64,000 bases of DNA from positions 288,001-352,000 of the forward strand of contig CAWFDF010000012.1 in the NCBI GenBank assembly GCA_963814585.1, read 5' to 3'. The notes below the pieces were generated by a model, which saw nothing but the letters and a program-made list of their open reading frames with translations, searched no databases and was not told the DNA's origin. This document shows, piece by piece, positions 22,411 through 33,537 of this stretch (positions are counted from its first letter, which is position 1; the number at the start of each line of letters is the position of its first letter). This DNA is from an uncultured delta proteobacterium. Its GTDB lineage: Bacteria; Myxococcota; Myxococcia; Myxococcales; Anaeromyxobacteraceae. A program made the translations under genes and the position numbers.

Positions 22411-23499
22411 ATGCTCACCAAGATCTCCCTCCAGCGGTCCTTCCTCCTCGCCCTGCTGGTCACCTCGGTGGGCCTGACCGTGATGTTGATCTGGCCGTTC
22501 TGGACCCCGCTGCTGGTGGCGGCGGTGCTGTCGGCGGCGCTGCGGATTCCCATGACCTGGCTGGTGGCGCGCCTGCGCGGCCGGCGCGAGTGGGCCGCCG
22601 GGCTGGTGGTGGTGACGCTGGTGGTGGCGCTGGTCCTCCCGGTGGCGGCGCTGCTGACCGTCATCGCGGGGCAGGCGGTGGAGGGCCTGCAGTGGCTGAG
22701 GGAGGCCCTGGCGTCCCAGGGGGTCTCCGGGCTGGTGGAGCGCCTCCCTCGCTGGCTCGAGCGGGCGGCGCGCCAGGTCATCACCTCCTTGCCGGAGCTG
22801 CTGGCCGAGCTGGAGCGGTCGGTCGGCGCCAGCGGCGGCAAGGCGGTGACCACCCTGGGCGGCATCATCGCCGCCACCGGCGGCGCCATCGTCAAGCTGG
22901 TGGTGGCGCTGGTGGCGCTCTACTTCTTCCTCGTCGACGGCCACAAGCTGGTGGCCTGGGTCGACGCCAACGCCCCGCTCGCCCCCGGCCAGTTCAGCGA
23001 GCTGGTGGGCGAGTTCCGGCGCACCGCCGTCTCGGTGCTGGTGGCCACGGTGGCCACCGCCGGGATCCAGGCCGCGGCGGCGCTGGCCGGCTTCCTGCTG
23101 GCCGGCGCCCCCGGCCCGCTCTTCCTCACCACCGTCACCTTCCTGGTGGCGCTGGTCCCAGCCGTGGGCGGCACGGTGGTGGTCCTGGCGGTGGCGGTGC
23201 TCCAGTACCTCACCGGCCACGAGGTGGCGGCCGGCTTCCTGGCGCTCTGGGGCCTCGGCGTGGTGTCGATGGTGGACACCTTCGCCCGCCCCTACCTGCT
23301 GCGCGGCGGCATGGCGCTCCCCATCGGCATCGTCTTCCTGGCGCTGCTCGGCGGCGTGGCCGCCTTCGGCCTGGTCGGCGTGCTGCTCGGGCCGCTGGTG
23401 GTCACCTTCCTCATCGCCGCGCTGCGCATCTGGCGGCGCGACGTGGAGGATCGCGACGACGCGGAGGAGGCCCGGCGGGGGCCGGGAGGCGGGATCTAG
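22411..23499 (+). CDS. AI-2E (PerM) family transporter
   Basis: Multi-TM protein, LYFFLVDG, P.VG, DTFARPYL, LLGGVAAFGLVGVLLGP. Confidence 0.88.
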   Translation: MLTKISLQRSFLLALLVTSVGLTVMLIWPFWTPLLVAAVLSAALRIPMTWLVARLRGRREWAAGLVVVTLVVALVLPVAALLTVIAGQAVEGLQWLREALASQGVSGLVERLPRWLERAARQVITSLPELLAELERSVGASGGKAVTTLGGIIAATGGAIVKLVVALVALYFFLVDGHKLVAWVDANAPLAPGQFSELVGEFRRTAVSVLVATVATAGIQAAAALAGFLLAGAPGPLFLTTVTFLVALVPAVGGTVVVLAVAVLQYLTGHEVAAGFLALWGLGVVSMVDTFARPYLLRGGMALPIGIVFLALLGGVAAFGLVGVLLGPLVVTFLIAALRIWRRDVEDRDDAEEARRGPGGGI

Positions 23500-23744
23500 C
23501 TGCCGGCCGTGAAGGCCTGGAACGCCAGCATGGTGTCGGTCTGGCGGATCCCGGGGATGCGCTGCAGCCGCGTCGGGATCAGCTCGCCGAAGGCCTCGTA
23601 GTCGGCGGCATAGAGCTTCACCAGCAGGTCGTACTCGCCGGTGATGGAGTGGACCTCGGAGACGCCGTCCAGCTCGACGATGGCGTTGGCCACCTCGCCG
23701 AGCCGGCCCAGCTCGCACTTGACCAGGACAAAGGCGGCTTTCAC
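23496..23744 (-). CDS. Lrp/AsnC ligand-binding-domain-only protein (82 aa)
   Basis: AFVLVKC..GVSEVHSITGEYDLLVK..IPGIRQTDT; GGAGG SD; no HTH. Confidence 0.82.
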   Translation of the reverse strand: MKAAFVLVKCELGRLGEVANAIVELDGVSEVHSITGEYDLLVKLYAADYEAFGELIPTRLQRIPGIRQTDTMLAFQAFTAGS

Positions 23745-23788
23745 GTGGGCTCCCTCCTGCGCGCCGGACCCCGCCGGGCCAGCGCATC

Positions 23789-24718
23789 CTACCCCGCGGG
23801 CGGTGGGTCCGGCGGGAACCAGTCGGCCGTCACCTCGAGCCACATGGCCAGCCCCGCCCAGGCGCCGTACGGGCGGTACCAGCGCCGGATGGTCCCGTCG
23901 GCCGGCACGGCGCGCCGGCCGCGCAGGGTCTTCAGCCGCTCCCGCGTCCAGGCGTCGAGGGCGAGGAAGTCGTGGCGGCCCAGCAGCCGGGCCAGGTGCT
24001 CGGCCGCGTAGGGGCCGAAGCCGTCGAGCGCCTTCAGCCGGTCGAGCAGCTCCGGCGTGGCCAGCCGGGGCGCGCGCAGGGCCTCGAGGTCCAGGGACCC
24101 GCCCGCCACCGCCCGCGCCAGCGTCCGCAGGAAGGGAGCCCGGTACCCGGCCCGGATGGTCTCCCGGTAGAACCCCTCGCCGCGCCGGGCCATGGCCTCC
24201 GGCGTGGGGAAGGCGCGCGATCCGTCCGGCCCCGGCTCGCCGAGCGAGGCGCAGAGGCGCGCCACCATGAGCCGGGTGAGAGACCAGGAGCAGTTGGTGG
24301 TGCAGAGCGTCTTGACCGCGTCCTCGAAGACGGTCGGCGAGCGGAGCAGCCGTCCGGCGCCCCGGGCCAGCGCCCACCGCAGGTCGGGCAGGTCACGCCC
24401 CTCCCCGGCGGCCCGCCGCGCCTCAAGCCGGCCGGCCAGCTCGCGGAACGGGGTCAGCTCCTCGTCGAGCGCCAGCGCCCGGGCGAGCTGGGCGCGCGCC
24501 TCGTCGCCGTCGGCACCTGAGAGGCGGCCCGTCGAGGCCAGCCGCACCACCAGCCCGGACGGCCCCTCGGCCACCTCGGCCCCGATCACGCGCCCCGAGG
24601 CGAGGCGGAGCGGCCGCGCCATGAGACGGCGCGCCTCGTCCCACCGCCACGGCGCCAGGTCGTACCAGCCGTGGCTGCGGCAAACCAGCGCAAGGTCGAA
24701 GGGCTGCGGGACACGCAC
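23789..24718 (-). CDS. HhH-GPD DNA glycosylase (AlkA/OGG-like); start approximate
   Basis: LLRSPTVFEDAVKTLCTTNCSW, FPTPEA, GYRA, LDGFGPYAA HhH motif, catalytic D in LDAW, YGAWAGLA. Confidence 0.75.
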   Translation of the reverse strand: MRVPQPFDLALVCRSHGWYDLAPWRWDEARRLMARPLRLASGRVIGAEVAEGPSGLVVRLASTGRLSGADGDEARAQLARALALDEELTPFRELAGRLEARRAAGEGRDLPDLRWALARGAGRLLRSPTVFEDAVKTLCTTNCSWSLTRLMVARLCASLGEPGPDGSRAFPTPEAMARRGEGFYRETIRAGYRAPFLRTLARAVAGGSLDLEALRAPRLATPELLDRLKALDGFGPYAAEHLARLLGRHDFLALDAWTRERLKTLRGRRAVPADGTIRRWYRPYGAWAGLAMWLEVTADWFPPDPPPAG

Positions 24719-24830
24719 GTCGGGTCGGTGCTCCTGTACCCCGGTGGGGGATTGCCGTCCTGCACCAGGGGTGCGGAGATGGCCCTGACTCGTACCACGC
24801 ATCCCACGCCGCTCGAACGAGGAGACCGGC

Positions 24831-25376
24831 ATGATCGACGAACGCGACGACGACGGGCTCGAGGTCCTGGAAGGCGACGAGGGCGCGCCGGAGGTCGGGC
24901 GCCACCGCGACGTCGGTCGGGAGATGCTGGAGACGGCCATCGGCGAGCTGAGGCGCTCGGCGCCCGTGACCGTGGCCCCGACCGCCACGGTGGCCCGCGC
25001 CGCCGAGCTGATGCGCAAGAAGAGGGTCGGGGCGGTGCTGGTGAAGAAGGGCAAGGAGCTGGTCGGCGTCTTCACCGAGCGTGACCTGGTGGTCCGGGCC
25101 ATGGCGACGAGGAGCTGGGCCAGCGCCCCGGTCAAGAAGTTCATGAGCCCCCGGCCCGAGACCCTCAAGCTGGGCGATCCGGTGGCCTACGCGCTCAACA
25201 AGATGAGCGTGGGGCGCTTCCGCCACGTCCCCCTCGTCGACGCCGGCGGCGCGCTGGCCGGCATCATCTCCATCCGCGACATCGTCGACTTCATCGTCGA
25301 GCTCTGTCCCGAGGAGATCCTCAACCTGCCCTCGCAGCCCGAGCTGGCCATCCCCCGCAGCCCCGACGGCGGCTGA
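24831..25376 (+). CDS. CBS-pair domain protein
   Basis: GVFTERDL, FMSPRPET, RHVPLVD..GIISIRDI; GAGGAG SD. Confidence 0.88.
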   Translation: MIDERDDDGLEVLEGDEGAPEVGRHRDVGREMLETAIGELRRSAPVTVAPTATVARAAELMRKKRVGAVLVKKGKELVGVFTERDLVVRAMATRSWASAPVKKFMSPRPETLKLGDPVAYALNKMSVGRFRHVPLVDAGGALAGIISIRDIVDFIVELCPEEILNLPSQPELAIPRSPDGG

Positions 25377-25537
25377 TCACCGCCCTGGCGTGGGCCCCGG
25401 CGCCAGCCGCCGCGCCTGCTCCTCCAGCGCGGCGGCCTCGGCCACCTGGTGCCGCGCCCCAGCCGGCCTGGGCGGGACGTTGGTGCCGCGCTTCGGTCTC
25501 GGCTCTCTCGTCACGTCATCCTGCCTGGGGCGCGCCG

Positions 25538-28369
<2,832 letters not shown>

Positions 28370-28506
28370 GGGTGCGTACCGACCTCGCGATGGGCGGGGA
28401 GATTACCGCCATTCACTACCTTGAAGTCATCCCAATAACCACTCCGGGGGCCACGTCCAGGCCCGGAACTTGGAATCCCGGGCCGCTCCCGTAGAGTGGG
28501 GCTCCC

Positions 28507-29193
28507 GTGGCCCGCCTACCGCCGCTGCCCGCCGTCGCCGCCCTGGCCGCGCTGGCCGCCGTGAGCGGGTGCGCCGGGACCTCCGTCACGCTCCGTGAAG
28601 GGCTCGACCAGAGCGACCTGCAGGCTCGCCTGGCCGCGCGCGGCCACGGCTGGCTCGGCCAGGGGCAGGCGCCCTTCCTGGCCGGCGGCGAGCGCTTCAA
28701 CCCCGACTGCTCGGGATTCGTCGAGGCGGTCTACGCCGCCGAGGGCGTGCCGCTGCGGCGGCTGGCGCAGGTGGCGGCGCCCGGGGAGACCTCCGGGGTG
28801 GCCGCCCTGTGGGCCGCGGCGGGGCGCTACGGCACCCGCTGGCGCGGCGGCGAGTGGCCGGCGCCGGGCGACCTGGTCTTCTTCGACGACACCTGGGACC
28901 GGAACGGGAACCGGGCCCTCGACGACCCGTTCACGCACCTCGGGCTGGTGGAGTGGGTCGACCAGCGGGGCACGGTCACCTTCCTGCACCGGGCCGGCGC
29001 CGGCGTGGTCCGTGGCCACCTCACCCTCGACCGCCCGGCCGACCTGCGCGCCGCCGGCGGCGCCGAGCTGAACGCGCCGCTGCGGGTCCGGGTCTCCAGG
29101 GACGACCGGGCCCCGGCGCTGGCGGGCGAGCTGTTCGTGGGGTTCGGGCGGATCGATCCGAGGCGGCTGCCCCGGCCGGCTACTCGAGGATGA
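28507..29193 (+). CDS. CHAP/NlpC-P60 cell-wall hydrolase lipoprotein
   Basis: Lipobox VSGC, DCSGFV (catalytic Cys), PGDLVFF, THLGLV (His). Confidence 0.8.
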   Translation: MARLPPLPAVAALAALAAVSGCAGTSVTLREGLDQSDLQARLAARGHGWLGQGQAPFLAGGERFNPDCSGFVEAVYAAEGVPLRRLAQVAAPGETSGVAALWAAAGRYGTRWRGGEWPAPGDLVFFDDTWDRNGNRALDDPFTHLGLVEWVDQRGTVTFLHRAGAGVVRGHLTLDRPADLRAAGGAELNAPLRVRVSRDDRAPALAGELFVGFGRIDPRRLPRPATRG

Positions 29194-30097
29194 ACTTCCG
29201 CGGGTTCTCGGGGATGCCGTTGACCCGCACCTCGTAGTGCAGGTGCGGCCCGGTGGACTTGCCGGTGTTCCCCACGCCGGCCACCTTGTCGCCCCGCTTC
29301 ACGCGGTCCCCGACGCGGACGAAGGTCTCGGAGAGGTGGCCGTAGCGGGTCTTCACGCCGTAGCCGTGGTCGATGACCAGCACCTTGCCGTAGCCTCCCT
29401 CGACGCCGCTGAAGACCACCACGCCATCCGACGGCGTGGTGACCGGCTGCCCGTGGGGCGTGGCGACGTCGATCCCCTCGTGCATCTTCCGGTCGTCCGA
29501 GTAGGGGTCGATGCGGGTGCCGAAGTCGGAGGTGACCCAGCCGCGGGTGGGCCAGATCGACGGGGTCGAGGCCAGCAGCGAGCGCTGGTCGTCGAAGTAC
29601 TCCTGCAGCTGCCTGAGGCTCTGCTCGGAGCGGGCGGCGTCCGCCTCCATGGTCCCGAGCTTCCCGGGGAGGGCCTTGAGGTTCTGCTCGGCGGCGGGGA
29701 CGGGGCCGGCCGGGACGGTCTCCGGCTCCGGGGTGCCGACCGGGCCGATGGCGAGGTTCCGGACGGGATCCTGCAGCGAGCTGACCGCGGTCCGGAGCTT
29801 GGCGTCGAAGCGCTCGACCCGATCGAGCGTCGCGCCGATGTGGGCCACCTTCTCCTGGACCAGCAGCACCTGGCTTCGCAGCTGCTCCTTCTCCTCCCGG
29901 AGGACGGCGTTCTCCGCGGAGGCCGAGAGCAGCGTCAGGTAGTGGATGCCGACGAACAGGGCGATGGCGGTGAATCCCAGCCCCCCCCACACCAGCTTCT
30001 GCAGCAGCCGCCGGGGGACCCGGAACTTGCGGACGGCCTGGCTGTGGTCGGAGACCACGATGACCGTGAAGATCTGGGACTTGGGGGCTTCGGCCAT
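29180..30097 (-). CDS. M23 family metallopeptidase with TM anchor and coiled coil
   Basis: TPSIWPTRGWVTSDFG, HEGID, YGHLS, STGPHLHYEV; GGAG SD. Confidence 0.9.
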   Translation of the reverse strand: MAEAPKSQIFTVIVVSDHSQAVRKFRVPRRLLQKLVWGGLGFTAIALFVGIHYLTLLSASAENAVLREEKEQLRSQVLLVQEKVAHIGATLDRVERFDAKLRTAVSSLQDPVRNLAIGPVGTPEPETVPAGPVPAAEQNLKALPGKLGTMEADAARSEQSLRQLQEYFDDQRSLLASTPSIWPTRGWVTSDFGTRIDPYSDDRKMHEGIDVATPHGQPVTTPSDGVVVFSGVEGGYGKVLVIDHGYGVKTRYGHLSETFVRVGDRVKRGDKVAGVGNTGKSTGPHLHYEVRVNGIPENPRKFILE

Positions 30098-30238
30098 GCT
30101 CCTGGAGACTCCCGGTGCGGACGTGGAGCGGGCCGGAGCGGGGGCTCCAGCCTGCAATCCCGGAACCGGTAGCAGAGCCCGCTCGATCGAGTCAAGGAAG
30201 TATCGCACATCGGACGCCCCCTTTGGGGCGCCCGGACC

Positions 30239-31012
30239 TCAGGGCTCGGCCAGCTGGATCATGGCCACGGTGATGTTGTCGTCGCCTCCGCGCTCGTTGG
30301 CGAGGTCGACCAGCCGCTCCACGGCCCCCTCCCCCTCGGCCTCCACCAGCGCCAGGATCTCCTGGTCCTCGACGAAGTTGGAGAGCCCGTCGCTGCAGGC
30401 GACGATGGCGTCGCCCGCCTCCAGCTCCAGCCCCATCAGGTCCACCACGACCTCGCGCTCGAACCCGACCGAGCGGGTGATGATGTTCTTGTAGCGGCTG
30501 GTGCGGGCGTCCTCCTCGCTGATGGCGCCGCTGCGGAGCTGCTCGGCGACCAGCGAGTGGTCTTGCGTCACCTGGTAGATGTGGCCGGAGCGGATCAGGT
30601 AGGCCCGGCTGTCCCCGACGTGGGCGACGAAGGCCGACTGGCCATCCACCAGCACCGCCGTGACCGTGGTCCCCATGCCGGCCAGCTCCGGATCGGCCTG
30701 GGCCGCCTCGAAGATGGCGGCGCAGGCCTCCTCCACGGCGTGACCGAGGAGGTCGGGGAGCGGGTTCTCCTCCCCTTCGGCGCCGGACCCGAACAGCGTG
30801 GGCTCCTCGGCGCGAGCCTGGAGGATCGCCTTGCGGATGGTGTCGACGGCGATGCGGGAGGCCGTCCCACCTCCGGCGTGGCCGCCCATGCCGTCGGCCA
30901 CGATGAAGAGCCCGAGCGGCTCGTCGATCAGCAGCGCGTCCTGGTTCTGCTCGCGCCGCTGGCCGACGTCGGTGAGGCCGCGTGCGGCGATCCGGAGGGG
31001 CGGTGAGACCAT
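30239..31012 (-). CDS. PP2C-type Ser/Thr phosphatase (Stp1/IreP family)
   Basis: TDVGQRREQNQD, VADGMGGH, GMGTT, HVGDSRAY, CSDGL, GGDDNIT. Confidence 0.93.
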   Translation of the reverse strand: MVSPPLRIAARGLTDVGQRREQNQDALLIDEPLGLFIVADGMGGHAGGGTASRIAVDTIRKAILQARAEEPTLFGSGAEGEENPLPDLLGHAVEEACAAIFEAAQADPELAGMGTTVTAVLVDGQSAFVAHVGDSRAYLIRSGHIYQVTQDHSLVAEQLRSGAISEEDARTSRYKNIITRSVGFEREVVVDLMGLELEAGDAIVACSDGLSNFVEDQEILALVEAEGEGAVERLVDLANERGGDDNITVAMIQLAEP

Positions 31013-31020
31013 TCGACGGC

Positions 31021-31050
31021 AGCGTACCCCTGCGATCACGCGAGGGTCAA
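31021..31050 (-). promoter_or_regulatory. sigma70-type promoter of the PP2C gene
   Basis: TTGACC-N18-TACGCT, 8 nt before ATG; the -35 lies inside a 9-bp inverted repeat (31034-31059). Confidence 0.55.
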
Positions 31051-31084
31051 CGCGTGATCCGCGGCCAGCCCCCTTCCCTTTTGC

Positions 31085-32884
31085 TCAGGGTGACATGGTG
31101 ACCGACCGCGCCGCGGCCCTCCCCGGCACCGCCCGCCGCCCTCGCTCCGGGCCGGCCCCCGCCCGTGCCGCCGCGATGAGGGCCCCGGCGTGCTCCAGCG
31201 CCGCCGCCGTCACGGTGGCCCCCGCCATCATCCGCGCCACCTCCTGGCGCTGGTCGTCGGACTGCGCCAGCAGCGTCACCTCCGAGGTGGTGCGCCCGCC
31301 CGCCACCCGCTTGGAGACCCGGTGGTGCCGATCGGCGAACGCGGCGATCTGCGGCAGGTGCGTGATGCAGATGACCTGCCGGCCTCCGGCCACCTCGGCC
31401 AGCACCCGCCCCATGGCCTCGGCCACGGCCCCGCCGATGCCCGAGTCGACCTCGTCGAAGACGTAGGTGAGGACCGGATCCCGGCGCGCCAGCGTCCGCT
31501 TCACCGCCAGCAACAGGCGAGACAGCTCGCCGCCCGAGGCGATGCGGGCCAGCGGCCGAGGCGTCTCGCCGGGGTTGGGGGCCAGCAGGTAGAGGGCCCG
31601 CTCCCCGCCATCGGGGCCCAGCAGCGCCCCGCCGGCCTGCACGCCGCCGTCCGGCGGGGAGAAGGCCACCTCCAGCCGGCAGCGCGCCATCGCCAGCCCG
31701 GCGAGCTCGGCCTCGACGGCGGCGCAGAAGGCCTTGGCCGCTTTCTGCCTCGCCCTGGTGATGACACCGGCCAGCGTCGCCGCCTCGGCCCCGGCCGCGT
31801 CGATCTCCGGGGCCAGCGCCGCCAGCCGCTCGCCGCCGCCGGTCAGCGTGGCCAGCTCGGCCGCCATCTCCGACCGGCGCCGCAGCGCCGCCTCGAGCGA
31901 GCCGCCGTGCTTCCGGCAGAGCGCCTTCAGGGCCTCCAGCCGGTCCTCGATGGCCTGCAGCCGCTCGGCGTCACCGCCCACCGTCTCGGCGTACCGCCCC
32001 AGCTCGCGCCCGGCCTCGGTGAGCTCGATGACCGCCGAGCGGAGCAGCTGCAGCGGCCCGGCCAGCCTCGGGTCGAGCGCCGCGGCGTCGGCGAGCGCCC
32101 GCGCCGCCTGGCCCACCTGCTCGCTGGCGCTGCCATCCTCCCCGTAGACCAGCCCCTCGGCCAGTCCAGCCGCCTCGCGCAGCTTCTCGGCGCTGGCCAG
32201 CACCCGCCGCTCGGCGTCGAGCGCGGCGTCCTCGCCCGGCTGCGGATCGACCGCGTCCAGCTCCCTCAGCTGGAAGGCGAGGTAGTCGGCCCGCCGGCCG
32301 CGCTCGGCCTCGTCGCTCCGCAGGGTGTCCCGCTCGCGGCAGAGGGCCGAGAGCCGGCCGAAGGTCTCGCGGTAGCGGGTGAGGAGCGGCGGCGCCCCGC
32401 CCGCCGGCGCGTCGAGCCCGGCGAAGGCGTCGAGGAGCGAGAGGTGGGTGGCCTCGTCGAGGAGCGAGACGTGCTCGTGCTGGCCGGAGACGTCGACCAC
32501 GCCGCGCAGCGCCTCGGCCAGCACCGAGGCGGTGACCAGCACGCCGTTGACGTAGGCCCGGCCCCGCCCGCCCCGCTGGGCCACGCGACGGACCAGCAGC
32601 TCGGCGGGCTCGCCCGGGGGCGGCGCCGCCACGCCCACGCCGGCCAGGCGGGAGAAGACCGGGTGATCGTAGGGCAGCTCGAAGAGCGCCTCCACCACCG
32701 CCTCGTCGGCGCCGTCGCGCAGCACCTCGGCGCTCATGCGGCCGCCCAGCACCAGGTGGAGGGCGTTCACCAGGATCGACTTGCCCGCGCCCGTCTCCCC
32801 GGTGAGGACGTTCAGCCCGAGGCCGAACCGGACCTCCACCGCGTCGACGATCGCGAAGCCGGAGATGCGCAGGGTGGTGAGCAT
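31085..32884 (-). CDS. recN: DNA repair protein RecN
   Basis: MLTTLRISGFAIVD, LTGETGAGKS, ASGGELSR, FDEVDSGIGG, QVICITHLPQIAA. Confidence 0.97.
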   Translation of the reverse strand: MLTTLRISGFAIVDAVEVRFGLGLNVLTGETGAGKSILVNALHLVLGGRMSAEVLRDGADEAVVEALFELPYDHPVFSRLAGVGVAAPPPGEPAELLVRRVAQRGGRGRAYVNGVLVTASVLAEALRGVVDVSGQHEHVSLLDEATHLSLLDAFAGLDAPAGGAPPLLTRYRETFGRLSALCRERDTLRSDEAERGRRADYLAFQLRELDAVDPQPGEDAALDAERRVLASAEKLREAAGLAEGLVYGEDGSASEQVGQAARALADAAALDPRLAGPLQLLRSAVIELTEAGRELGRYAETVGGDAERLQAIEDRLEALKALCRKHGGSLEAALRRRSEMAAELATLTGGGERLAALAPEIDAAGAEAATLAGVITRARQKAAKAFCAAVEAELAGLAMARCRLEVAFSPPDGGVQAGGALLGPDGGERALYLLAPNPGETPRPLARIASGGELSRLLLAVKRTLARRDPVLTYVFDEVDSGIGGAVAEAMGRVLAEVAGGRQVICITHLPQIAAFADRHHRVSKRVAGGRTTSEVTLLAQSDDQRQEVARMMAGATVTAAALEHAGALIAAARAGAGPERGRRAVPGRAAARSVTMSP

Positions 32885-32890
32885 GGGCCG

Positions 32891-32945
32891 AGTCTGGCAC
32901 CGACCCCTGACACTGCGCAAGTATTCAGTGGTTGGAGTGTTCAGG
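32891..32945 (-). promoter_or_regulatory. recN promoter overlapped by a LexA-type (SOS) box
   Basis: TTGCGC-N18-CAGACT promoter; CTG-N10-CAG dyad CTGCGCAAGTATTCAG (32913-32928) over the -35, plus an adjacent GTGTTCAGG half-site like the myxobacterial LexA motif. Confidence 0.55.
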
Positions 32946-33014
32946 TGGCGACGATCCAGGCAGTCGCCAGAAGGATGATGGTGGCCATCCAGGAGAGTCG
33001 GGACGTCTCCCCCA

Positions 33015-33044
33015 TTGGCGATTCCCGACGTCGGGAATCGCCAA
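33015..33044. repeat. Perfect 30-bp palindrome
   Basis: TTGGCGATTCCCGAC|GTCGGGAATCGCCAA is its own reverse complement. Confidence 0.97.
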
Positions 33045-33506
33045 AGAGGGGCCTTGTCCGGGTGCCAGGCGACACGGCCCCAGAGTCGTTTCAGCTGCCC
33101 GACATGACGCTCAGTCCGTATCGGGTCGTCACCGCGCCACACGCCGCCGCCGCTACCGGTCGAGTCCCGGCGGGGCGGGCCAAACCGGCTCGCCCTTCGC
33201 TGCGCCTTCCGCCCGACCAGCGGCGGCTCCCGGCCCAGCGCCCTCTCGCTGCGCCTCTCGACCAGCGACCGGAGCCGCCCGGCGACAACCGCACGGGACA
33301 CAGCGGGTCGGGGTCGAGGGGAAGAGACGGGCAACGTGACCTGCGTCGCCGCCCCATCGTCGCCGCTCGATGCCGGCCGAGCGCTCGGCAGCGCCGGCCG
33401 CCCGCAACGCCCCCGCGATCCTCGAGCGGCGAGCGGAGCTCCCGGGCAACAAGGGAGCGGGGAACGGTGGGAGGGGATGGAGGGCAAGAGGCGGGCAGCG
33501 TGTCTT

Positions 33507-33537
33507 GCGTCGCCGCTCCAGAAGCCAGCGGCGACGC
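33507..33537 (-). terminator. 11-bp stem-loop immediately after the nadK stop (terminator or REP-like)
   Basis: GCGTCGCCGCT-N9-AGCGGCGACGC; no clear U-tract. Confidence 0.45.

Noticed and set aside
23739..23752. parS-like TTTCACGTG
   Set aside because: Only a half match, overlapping a start codon; no canonical 16-bp parS seen in the window.
25377..25514. 45-aa minus-strand ORF after secA
   Set aside because: Weak SD, no motif, mixed codon usage; cannot be distinguished from chance.
33452..33495. G-rich tract, potential G-quadruplex
   Set aside because: G-runs are common at this GC content; no independent support.
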